The notes under the pieces are model-generated. The model did not search any database and had not been told where the DNA came from. It saw nothing but the letters and a program-made list of their open reading frames with translations. This document shows positions 50,501 through 62,500 of a stretch of DNA of 64,000 bases, piece by piece. The number at the start of each line of letters is the position of its first letter. Within the stretch, counting starts at the first letter, position 1. Both the position numbers and the translations under genes were made by a program. The DNA comes from the human T2T-CHM13v2.0 reference genome, Homo sapiens: the NCBI RefSeq assembly GCF_009914755.1, contig NC_060929.1. The stretch is one strand, 5' to 3'.

Positions 50501-53500
50501 GTTGGAAACGGGTTTTTTTCATATAAGGCTAGACAGAAGAATTCCCAGTAACTTCCTTGTGTTGTGTGTGTTCAACTCACAGAGTTGAACTTTCATTTAC
50601 ACAGAGCAGATTTGAAACACTCTTTTTGTGGAATTTGCAAGTGGAGATTTCAAGCGCTTTGAGGCCAAAGGCAGAAAAGGAAATATCTTCGTATAAAAAC
50701 TAGACAGAATCATTCTCAGAAACTGCTCTGCGATGTGTGCGTTCAACTCTCAGAGTTTAACTTTTCTTTTCATTCAGCAGTTTGGAAACACTCTGTTTGT
50801 AAAGTCTGCACGTGGATATTTTGACCACTTAGAGGCCTTCGTTGGAAACGGGTTTTTTTCCTGTAAGGCTAGACAGAAGAATTCCCAGTAACTTCCTTGT
50901 GTTGTGTACATTCAACTCACAGAGTTGAACGTTCCCTTAGACAGAGCAGATTTGAAACACTCTTTTTGTGCAATTGGCAAGTGGAGATTTCAAGCGCTTT
51001 AAGGTCAATGGCAGAAAAGGAAATATCTTCGTTTCAAAACTAGACAGAATCATTCCCACAAACTGCGTTGTGATGTGTTCGTTCATCTCACAGAGTTTAA
51101 CCTTTCTTTTCATAGAGCAGTTAGGAAACACTCTGTTTGTAAATTCTGTAAGTGGATATTCTGACATCTTGTGGCCTTCGTTGGAAACGGGATTTCTTCA
51201 TATTCTGCTAGACAGAAGAATTCTCAGAATCTTCCTTGTGTTGTGTGTATTCAACTCACACAGTTGAACGATGGTTTACACAGAGCAGATTTGAAACACT
51301 CTTTTTGTGGAATTTGCAAGTGGAGATTTCTGCCGCTTTGAGGTCAATGGTAGAAAAGGAAATATCTTCGTATAAAAACTAGACAGAATGATTCTCAGAA
51401 ACTCCTTTGTGATGTGTGCGTTCAACTCACAGAGTTTAACCTTTCTTTTCATAGAGCAGTTAGGAAACACTCTGTTTGTAAACTCTGCAAGTGGATATTC
51501 AGACCTCTTTGAGGCCTTCGTTGGAAACGGGATTTCTTCATACTGTGCTAGACAGAAGAATTCTCAGTAACTTCCTTGTGTTGTGTGTATTCAACTCACA
51601 GAGTTGAACGATCCTTTACACAGAGCAGACTTGAAACACTCTTCTTGTGGAATTTGCAAGTGGAGATTTCAGCCGCGTTGAGGTCAATGGTAGAAAAGGA
51701 AATATCTTCGTATAAAAACTAGACAGAATGATTCTCAGAAACTCCTTTGAGATGTGTGTGTTCAACTCACAGAGTTTAACCTTTCTTTTCATAGAGCAGT
51801 TAGGAATCACTCTGTTTGTAAAGTCTGCAAGTGGATATTCAGACCTCTTTGAGGCCTTCGTTGGAAAAGGGTTTTTTTCATATAAGGCTAGACAGAAGAA
51901 TTCCCAGTAACTTCCTTGTGTTGTGTGTGTTCAACTCACAGAGTTGAACTTTCATTTACACAGAGCAGATTTGAAACACTCTTTTTGTGGAATTTGCAAG
52001 TGGAGATTTCAAGCGCTGTGAGGCCAAAGGCAGAAAAGGAAATATCTTCTTATAAAAACTAGACAGAATCATTCTCAGAAACTGCTCTGTGATGTGTGCG
52101 TTCAACTCTCAGAGTTTAACTTTGCTTTTCATTCAGCAGTTTGGAAACACTCTGTTTGTAAAGTCTGCACGTGGATAATTTGACCACTTAGAGGCCTTCG
52201 TTGGAAACGGGTTTTTTTCATGTAAGGCTAGACAGAAGTGTTCTCAGTAACTTCCTTGTGTTGTGTGTATTCAACTCACACAGTTGAACGATCCTTTACA
52301 CAGAGCAGACTTGTAACACTCTTTTTGTGGAATTTGCAAGTGGAGATTTCAGCCGCTTTGAAGTCAAAGTAGAAAAGGAAATATCTTCCTATAAAAACTA
52401 GACAGAATGATTCTCAGAAACTCCTTTGTGATGTGTGCGTTCAACTCACAGAGTTTAACCTTTCTTTTCATAGAGCAGTTAGGAAACACTCTGTTTGTAA
52501 AGTCTGCAAGTGGATATTCAGACCTCTTTGAGGCCTTCGTTGGAAACGGGTTTTTTTCATATAAGGCTAGACAGAAGAATTCCCAGTAACTTCCTTGTGT
52601 TGTGTGTGTTCAACTCACAGAGTTGAACTTTCATTTACACAGAGCAGATTTGAAACACTCTTTTTGTGGAATTTGCAGGTGGAGATTTCAAGCGCTTTGA
52701 GGCCAAAGGCAGAAAAGGAAATATCTTCGTATAAAAACTAGACAGAATCATTCTCAGAAACTGCTCTGCGATGTGTGCGTTCAACTCTCAGAGTTTAACT
52801 TTGCTTTTCATTCAGCAGTTTGGAAACACTCTGTTTGTAAAGTCTGCACGTGGATAATTTGACCACTTAGAGGCCTTCGTTGGAAACGGGTTTTTTTCAT
52901 GTAAGGCTAGACAGAAGAGTTCTCAGTAACTTCCTTGTGTTGTGTGTATTCAACTCACAGAGTTGAACGATCCTTTACACAGAGCAGACTTGTAACACTC
53001 TTTTTGTGGAATTTGCAAGTGGAGATTTCAGCCGCTTTGAAGTCAAAGGTAGAAAAGGAAATATCTTCCTATAAAAACTAGACAGAATGATTCTCAGAAA
53101 CTCCTTTGTGATGTGTGCGTTCAACTCACAGAGTTTAACCTTTCTTTTCATAGAGCAGTTAGGAAACACTCTGTTTGTAAAGTCTGCAAGTGGATATTCA
53201 GACCTCTTTGAGGCCTTCGTTGGAAACGGGTTTTTTTCATATAAGGCTAGACAGAAGAATTCCCAGTAACTTCCTTGTGTTGTGTGTGTTCAACTCACAG
53301 AGTTGAACTTTCATTTACACAGAGCAGATTTGAAACACTCTTTTTGTGGAATTTGCAAGTGGAGATTTCAAGCGCTTTGAGGCCAAAGGCAGAAAAGGAA
53401 ATATCTTCGTATAAAAACTAGACAGAATCATTCTCAGAAACTGCTCTGCGATGTGTGCGTTCAACTCTCAGAGTTTAACTTTTCTTTTCATTCAGCAGTT

Positions 53501-56500
53501 TGGAAACACTCTGTTTGTAAAGTCTGCACGTGGATAACTTGACCACTTAGAGGCCTTCGTTGGAAACGGGTTTTTTTCATGTAAGGCTAGACAGAAGAAT
53601 TCTCAGTAACTTCCTTGTGTTGTGTGTATTCAACTCACAGAGTTGAACGATCCTTTACACAGAGCAGACTTGTAACACTCTTTTTGTGGAATTTGCAAGT
53701 GGAGATTTCAGCCGCTTTGAAGTCAAAGGTAGAAAAGGAAATATCTTCCTATAAAAACTAGACAGAATGATTCTCAGAAACTCCTTTGTGATGTGTGCGT
53801 TCAACTCACAGAGTTTAACCTTTCTTTTCATAGAGCAGTTAGGAAACACTCTGCTTGTAAAGTCTGCAAGTGGATATTCAGACCTCTTTGAGGCCTTCGT
53901 TGGAAACGGGTTTTTTTCATATAAGGCTAGACAGAAGAATTCCCAGTAACTTCCTTGTGTTGTGTGTGTTCAACTCACAGAGTTGAACTTTGATTTACAC
54001 AGAGCAGATTTGAAACACTCTTTTTGTGGAATTTGCAAGTGGAGATTTCAAGCGCTTTGAGGCCAAAGGCAGAAAAGGAAATATCTTCGCATAAAAACTA
54101 GACAGAATCATTCTCAGAAACTGCTCTGCGATGTGTGCGTTCAACTCTCAGAGTTTAACTTTTCTTTTCATTCAGCAGTTTGGAAACACTCTGTTTGTAA
54201 AGTCTGCACGTGGATATTTTGACCACTTAGAGGCCTTCGTTGGAAACGGGTTTTTTTCCTGTAAGGCTAGACAGAAGAATTCCCAGTAACTTCCTTGTGT
54301 TGTGTACATTCAACTCACAGAGTTGAACGTTCCCTTAGACAGAGCAGATTTGAAACACTCTTTTTGTGCAATTGGCAAGTGGAGATTTCAAGCGCTTTAA
54401 GGTCAATGGCAGAAAAGGAAATATCTTCGTTTCAAAACTAGACAGAATCATTCCCACAAACTGCGTTGTGATGTGTTCGTTCATCTCACAGAGTTTAACC
54501 TTTCTTTTCATAGAGCAGTTAGGAAACACTCTGTTTGTAAATTCTGTAAGTGGATATTCTGACATCTTGTGGCCTTCGTTGGAAACGGGATTTCTTCATA
54601 TTCTGCTAGACAGAAGAATTCTCAGAATCTTCCTTGTGTTGTGTGTATTCAACTCACACAGTTGAACGATGGTTTACACAGAGCAGATTTGAAACACTCT
54701 TTTTGTGGAATTTGCAAGTGGAGATTTCAGCCGCTTTGAGGTCAATGGTAGAAAAGGAAATATCTTCGTATAAAAACTAGACAGAATGATTCTCAGAAAC
54801 TTCTTTGTGATGTGTGCGTTCAACTCACAGAGTTTAACCTTTCTTTTCATAGAGCAGTTAGGAAACACTCTGTTTGTAAAGTCTGCAAGTGGATATTCAG
54901 ACCTCTTTGAGGCCTTCGTTGGAAACGGGATTTCTTCATACTGTGCTAGACAGAAGAATTCTCAGTAACTTCCTTGAGTTGTGTGTATTCAACTCACAGA
55001 GTTGAACGATCCTTTACACAGAGCAGACTTGAAACACTCTTCTTGTGGAATTTGCAAGTGGAGATTTCAGCCGCGTTGAGGTCAATGGTAGAAAAGGAAA
55101 TATCTTCGTATAAAAACTAGACAGAATGATTCTCAGAAACTCCTTTGAGATGTGTGTGTTCAACTCACAGAGTTTAACCTTTCTTTTCATAGAGCAGTTA
55201 GGAATCACTCTGTTTGTAAAGTCTGCAAGTGGATATTCAGACCTCTTTGAGGCCTTCGTTGGAAAAGGGTTTTTTTCATATAAGGCTAGACAGAAGAATT
55301 CCCAGTAACTTCCTTGTGTTGTGTGTGTTCAACTCACAGAGTTGAACTTTCATTTACACAGAGCAGATTTGAAACACTCTTTTTGTGGAATTTGCAAGTG
55401 GAGATTTCAAGCGCTGTGAGGCCAAAGGCAGAAAAGGAAATATCTTCGTATAAAAACTAGACAGAATCATTCTCAGAAACTGCTCTGCGATGTGTGCGTT
55501 CAACTCTCAGAGTTTAACTTTGCTTTTCATTCAGCAGTTTGGAAACACTCTGTTTGTAAAGTCTGCACGTGGATAATTTGACCACTTAGAGGCCTTCGTT
55601 GGAAACGGGTTTTTTTCATGTAAGGCTAGACAGAAGAGTTCTCAGTAACTTCCTTGTGTTGTGTGTATTCAACTCACAGAGTTGAACGATCCTTTACACA
55701 GAGCAGACTTGTAACACTCTTTTTGTGGAATTTGCAAGTGGAGATTTCAGCCGCTTTGAAGTCAAAGGTAGAAAAGGAAATATCTTCCTATAAAAACTAG
55801 ACAGAATGATTCTCAGAAACTCCTTTGTGATGTGTGCGTTCAACTCACAGAGTTTAACCTTTCTTTTCATAGAGCAGTTAGGAAACACTCTGTTTGTAAA
55901 GTCTGCAAGTGGATATTCAGACCTCTTTGAGGCCTTCGTTGGAAACGGGTTTTTTTCATATAAGGCTAGACAGAAGAATTCCCAGTAACTTCCTTGTGTT
56001 GTGTGTGTTCAACTCACAGAGTTGAACTTTCATTTACACAGAGCAGATTTGAAACACTCTTTTTGTGGAATTTGCAAGTGGAGATTTCAAGCGCTTTGAG
56101 GCCAAAGGCAGAAAAGGAAATATCTTCGTATAAAAACTAGACAGAATCATTCTCAGAAACTGCTCTGTGATGTGTGCGTTCAACTCTCAGAGTTTAACTT
56201 TTCTTTTCATTCAGCAGTTTGGAAACACTCTGTTTGTAAAGTCTGCACGTGGATAATTTGACCACTTAGAGGCCTTCGTTGGAAACGGGTTTTTTTCATG
56301 TAAGGCTAGACAGAAGAGTTCTCAGTAACTTCCTTGTGTTGTGTGTATTCAACTCACACAGTTGAACGATCCTTTACAGAGAGCAGACTTGTAACACTCT
56401 TTTTGTGGAATTTGCAAGTGGAGATTTCAGCCGCTTTGAAGTCAAAGTAGAAAAGGAAATATCTTCCTATAAAAACTAGACAGAATGATTCTCAGAAACT

Positions 56501-59500
56501 CCTTTGTGATGTGTGCGTTCAACTCACAGAGTTTAACCTTTCTTTTCATAGAGCAGTTAGGAAACACTCTGTTTGTAAAGTCTGCAAGTGGATATTCAGC
56601 CCTCTTTGAGGCCTTCGTTGGAAACGGGTTTTTTTCATATAAGGCTAGACAGAAGAATTCCCAGTAACTTCCTTGTGTTGTGTGTGTTCAACTCACAGAG
56701 TTGAACTTTCATTTACACAGAGCAGATTTGAAACACTCTTTTTGTGGAATTTGCAGGTGGAGATTTCAAGCGCTTTGAGGCCAAAGGCAGAAAAGGAAAT
56801 ATCTTCGTATAAAAACTAGACAGAATCATTCTCAGAAACTGCTCTGCGATGTGTGCGTTCAACTCTCAGAGTTTAACTTTTCTTTTCATTCAGCAGTTTG
56901 GAAACACTCTGTTTGTAAAGTCTGCACGTGGATAACTTGACCACTTAGAGGCCTTCGTTGGAAACGGGTTTTTTTCATGTAAGGCTAGACAGAAGAATTC
57001 TCAGTAACTTCCTTGTGTTGTGTGTATTCAACTCACAGAGTTGAACGATCCTTTACACAGAGCAGACTTGTAACACTCTTTTTGTGGAATTTGCAAGTGG
57101 AGATTTCAGCCGCTTTGAAGTCAAAGGTAGAAAAGGAAATATCTTCCTATAAAAACTAGACAGAATGATTCTCAGAAACTCTTTGTGATGTGTGTGTTCA
57201 ACTCACAGAGTTTAACCTTTCTTTTCATAGAGCAGTTAGGAAACACTCTGCTTGTAAAGTCTGCAAGTGGATATTCAGCCCTCTTTGAGGCCTTCGTTGG
57301 AAACGGGTTTTTTTCATATAAGGCTAGACAGAAGAATTCCCAGTAACTTCCTTGTGTTGTGTGTGTTCAACTCACAGAGTTGAACTTTGATTTACACAGA
57401 GCAGATTTGAAACACTCTTTTTGTGGAATTTGCAAGTGGAGATTTCAAGCGCTTTGAGGCCAAAGGCAGAAAAGGAAATATCTTCGTATAAAAACTAGAC
57501 AGAATCATTCTCAGAAACTGCTCTGCGATGTGTGCGTTCAACTCTCAGAGTTTAACTTTTCTTTTCATTCAGCAGTTTGGAAACACTCTGTTTGTAAAGT
57601 CTGCACGTGGATATTTTGACCACTTAGAGGCCTTCGTTGCAAACGGGTTTTTTTCCTGTAAGGCTAGACAGAAGAATTCCCAGTAACTTCCTTGTGTTGT
57701 GTATATTCAACTCACAGAGTTGAACGTTCCCTTAGACAGAGCAGATTTGAAACACTCTTTTTGTGCAATTGGCAAGTGGAGATTTCAAGCGCTTTAAGGT
57801 CAATGGCAGAAAAGGAAATATCTTCGTTTCAAAACTAGACAGAATCATTCCCACAAACTGCGTTGTGATGTGTTCGTTCATCTCACAGAGTTTAACCTTT
57901 CTTTTCATAGAGCAGTTAGGAAACACTCTGTTTGTAAATTCTGTAAGTGGATATTCTGACATCTTGTGGCCTTCGTTGGAAACGGGATTTCTTCATATTC
58001 TGCTAGACAGAAGAATTCTCAGAATCTTCCTTGTGTTGTGTGTATTCAACTCACACAGTTGAACGATGGTTTACACAGAGCAGATTTGAAACACTCTTTT
58101 TGTGGAATTTGCAAGTGGAGATTTCAGCCGCTTTGAGGTCAATGGTAGAAAAGGAAATATCTTCGTATAAAAACTAGACAGAATGATTCTCAGAAACTTC
58201 TTTGTGATGTGTGCGTTCAACTCACAGAGTTTAACCTTTCTTTTCATAGAGCAGTTAGGAAACACTCTGTTTGTAAACTCTGCAAGTGGATATTCAGACC
58301 TCTTTGAGGCCTTCGTTGGAAACGGGATTTCTTCATACTGTGCTAGACAGAAGAATTCTCAGTAACTTCCTTGTGTTGTGTGTATTCAACTCACAGAGTT
58401 GAACGATCCTTTACACAGAGCAGACTTGAAACACTCTTTTTGTGGAATTTGCAAGTGGAGATTTCAGCCGCGTTGAGGTCAATGGTAGAAAAGGAAATAT
58501 CTTCGTATAAAAACTAGACAGAATGATTCTCAGAAACTCCTTTGAGATGTGTGTGTTCAACTCACAGAGTTTAACCTTTCTTTTCATAGAGCAGTTAGGA
58601 ATCACTCTGTTTGTAAAGTCTGCAAGTGGATATTCAGACCTCTTTGAGGCCTTCGTTGGAAAAGGGTTTTTTTCATATAAGGCTAGAGAGAAGAATTCCC
58701 AGTAACTTCCTTGTGTTGTGTGTGTTCAACTCACAGAGTTGAACTTTCATTTACACAGAGCAGATTTGAAACACTCTTTTTGTGGAATTTGCAAGTGGAG
58801 ATTTCAAGCGCTGTGAGGCCAAAGGCAGAAAAGGAAATATCTTCGTATAAAAACTAGACAGAATCATTCTCAGAAACTGCTCTGCGATGTGTGCGTTCAA
58901 CTCTCAGAGTTTAACTTTTCTTTTCATTCAGCAGTTTGGAAAAACTCTGTTTGTAAAGTCTGCACGTGGATAATTTGACCACTTAGAGGCCTTCGTTGGA
59001 AACGGGTTTTTTTCATGTAAGGCTAGACAGAAGAATTCTCAGTAACTTCCTTGTGTTGTGTGTATTCAACTCACAGAGTTGAACGATCCTTTACACAGAG
59101 CAGACTTGTAACACTCTTTTTGTGGAATTTGCAAGTGGAGATTTCAGCCGCTTTGAAGTCAAATGTAGAAAAGGAAATATCTTCCTATAAAAACTAGACA
59201 TAATGATTCTCAGAAACTCCTTTGTGATGTGTGCGTTCAACTCACAGAGTTTAACCTTTCTTTTCATAGAGCAGTTAGGAAACACTCTGTTTGTAAAGTC
59301 TGCAAGTGGATATTCAGACCTCTTTGAGGCCTTCGTTGGAAACGGGTTTTTTTCATATAAGGCTAGACAGAAGAATTCCCAGTAACTTCCTTGTGTTGTG
59401 TGTGTTCAACTCACAGAGTTGAACTTTCATTTACACAGAGCAGATTTGAAACACTCTTTTTGTGGAATTTGCAAGTGGAGATTTCAAGCGCTTTGAGGCC

Positions 59501-62500
59501 AAAGGCAGAAAAGGAAATATCTTCGTATAAAAACTAGACAGAATCATTCTCAGAAACTGTTCTGTGATGTGTGCGTTCAACTCTCAGAGTTTAACTTTTC
59601 TTTTCATTCAGCAGTTTGGAAACACTCTGTTTGTAAAGTCTGCACGTGGATAATTTGACCACTTAGAGGCCTTCGTTGGAAACGGGTTTTTTTCATGTAA
59701 GGCTAGACAGAAGAGTTCTCAGTAACTTCCTTGTGTTGTGTGTATTCAACTCACACAGTTGAACGATCCTTTACAGAGAGCAGACTTGTAACACTCTTTT
59801 TGTGGAATTTGCAAGTGGAGATTTCAGCCGCTTTGAAGTCAAAGTAGAAAAGGAAATATCTTCCTATAAAAACTAGACAGAATGATTCTCAGAAACTCCT
59901 TTGTGATGTGTGCGTTCAACTCACAGAGTTTAACCTTTCTTTTCATAGAGCAGTTAGGAAACACTCTGCTTGTAAAGTCTGCAAGTGGATATTCAGCCCT
60001 CTTTGAGGCCTTCGTTGGAAACGGGTTTTTTTCATATAAGGCTAGACAGAAGAATTCCCAGTAACTTCCTTGTGTTGTGTGTGTTCAACTCACAGAGTTG
60101 AACTTTCATTTACACAGAGCAGATTTGAAACACTCTTTTTGTGGAATTTGCAGGTGGAGATTTCAAGCGCTTTGAGGCCAAAGGCAGAAAAGGAAATATC
60201 TTCGTATAAAAACTAGACAGAATCATTCTCAGAAACTGCTCTGCGATGTGTGCGTTCAACTCTCAGAGTTTAACTTTTCTTTTCATTCAGCAGTTTGGAA
60301 ACACTCTGTTTGTAAAGTCTGCACGTGGATAACTTGACCACTTAGAGGCCTTCGTTGGAAACGGGTTTTTTTCATGTAAGGCTAGACAGAAGAATTCTCA
60401 GTAACTTCCTTGTGTTGTGTGTATTCAACTCACAGAGTTGAACGATCCTTTACACAGAGCAGACTTGTAACACTCTTTTTGTGGAATTTGCAAGTGGAGA
60501 TTTCAGCCGCTTTGAAGTCAAAGGTAGAAAAGGAAATATCTTCCTATAAAAACTAGACAGAATGATTCTCAGAAACTCCTTTGTGATGTGTGCGTTCAAC
60601 TCACAGAGTTTAACCTTTCTTTTCATAGAGCAGTTAGGAAACACTCTGCTTGTAAAGTCTGCAAGTGGATATTCAGCCCTCTTTGAGGCCTTCGTTGGAA
60701 ACGGGTTTTTTTCATATAAGGCTAGACAGAAGAATTCCCAGTAACTTCCTTGTGTTGTGTGTGTTCAACTCACAGAGTTGAACTTTGATTTACACAGAGC
60801 AGATTTGAAACACTCTTTTTGTGGAATTTGCAAGTGGAGATTTCAAGCGCTTTGAGGCCAAAGGCAGAAAAGGAAATATCTTCGTATAAAAACTAGACAG
60901 AATCATTCTCAGAAACTGCTCTGCGATGTGTGCGTTCAACTCTCAGAGTTTAACTTTTCTTTTCATTCAGCAGTTTGGAAACACTCTGTTTGTAAAGTCT
61001 GCACGTGGATATTTTGACCACTTAGAGGCCTTCGTTGGAAACGGGTTTTTTTCCTGTAAGGCTAGACAGAAGAATTCCCAGTAACTTCCTTGTGTTGTGT
61101 ACATTCAACTCACAGAGTTGAACGTTCCCTTAGACAGAGCAGATTTGAAACACTCTTTTTGTGCAATTGGCAAGTGGAGATTTCAAGCGCTTTAAGGTCA
61201 ATGGCAGAAAAGGAAATATCTTCGTTTCAAAACTAGACAGAATCATTCCCACAAACTGCGTTGTGATGTGTTCGTTCATCTCACAGAGTTTAACCTTTCT
61301 TTTCATAGAGCAGTTAGGAAACACTCTGTTTGTAAATTCTGTAAGTGGATATTCTGACATCTTGTGGCCTTCGTTGGAAACGGGATTTCTTCATATTCTG
61401 CTAGACAGAAGAATTCTCAGAATCTTCCTTGTGTTGTGTGTATTCAACTCACACAGTTGAACGATGGTTTACACAGAGCAGATTTGAAACACTCTTTTTG
61501 TGGAATTTGCAAGTGGAGATTTCAGCCGCTTTGAGGTCAATGGTAGAAAAGGAAATATCTTCGTATAAAAACTAGACAGAATGATTCTCAGAAACTTCTT
61601 TGTGATGTGTGCGTTCAACTCACAGAGTTTAACCTTTCTTTTCATAGAGCAGTTAGGAAACACTCTGTTTGTAAACTCTGCAAGTGGATATTCAGACCTC
61701 TTTGAGGCCTTCGTTGGAAACGGGATTTCTTCATACTGTGCTAGACAGAAGAATTCTCAGTAACTTCCTTGTGTTGTGTGTATTCAACTCACAGAGTTGA
61801 ACGATCCTTTACACAGAGCAGACTTGAAACACTCTTTTTGTGGAATTTGCAAGTGGAGATTTCAGCCGCGTTGAGGTCAATGGTAGAAAAGGAAATATCT
61901 TCGTATAAAAACTAGACAGAATGATTCTCAGAAACTCCTTTGAGATGTGTGTGTTCAACTCACAGAGTTTAACCTTTCTTTTCATAGAGCAGTTAGGAAT
62001 CACTCTGTTTGTAAAGTCTGCAAGTGGATATTCAGACCTCTTTGAGGCCTTCGTTGGAAAAGGGTTTTTTTCATATAAGGCTAGAGAGAAGAATTCCCAG
62101 TAACTTCCTTGTGTTGTGTGTGTTCAACTCACAGAGTTGAACTTTCATTTACACAGAGCAGATTTGAAACACTCTTTTTGTGGAATTTGCAAGTGGAGAT
62201 TTCAAGCGCTGTGAGGCCAAAGGCAGAAAAGGAAATATCTTCGTATAAAAACTAGACAGAATCATTCTCAGAAACTGCTCTGCGATGTGTGCGTTCAACT
62301 CTCAGAGTTTAACTTTTCTTTTCATTCAGCAGTTTGGAAACACTCTGTTTGTAAAGTCTGCACGTGGATAATTTGACCACTTAGAGGCCTTCGTTGGAAA
62401 CGGGTTTTTTTCATGTAAGGCTAGACAGAAGAATTCTCAGTAACTTCCTTGTGTTGTGTGTATTCAACTCACACAGTTGAACGATCCTTTACACAGAGCA

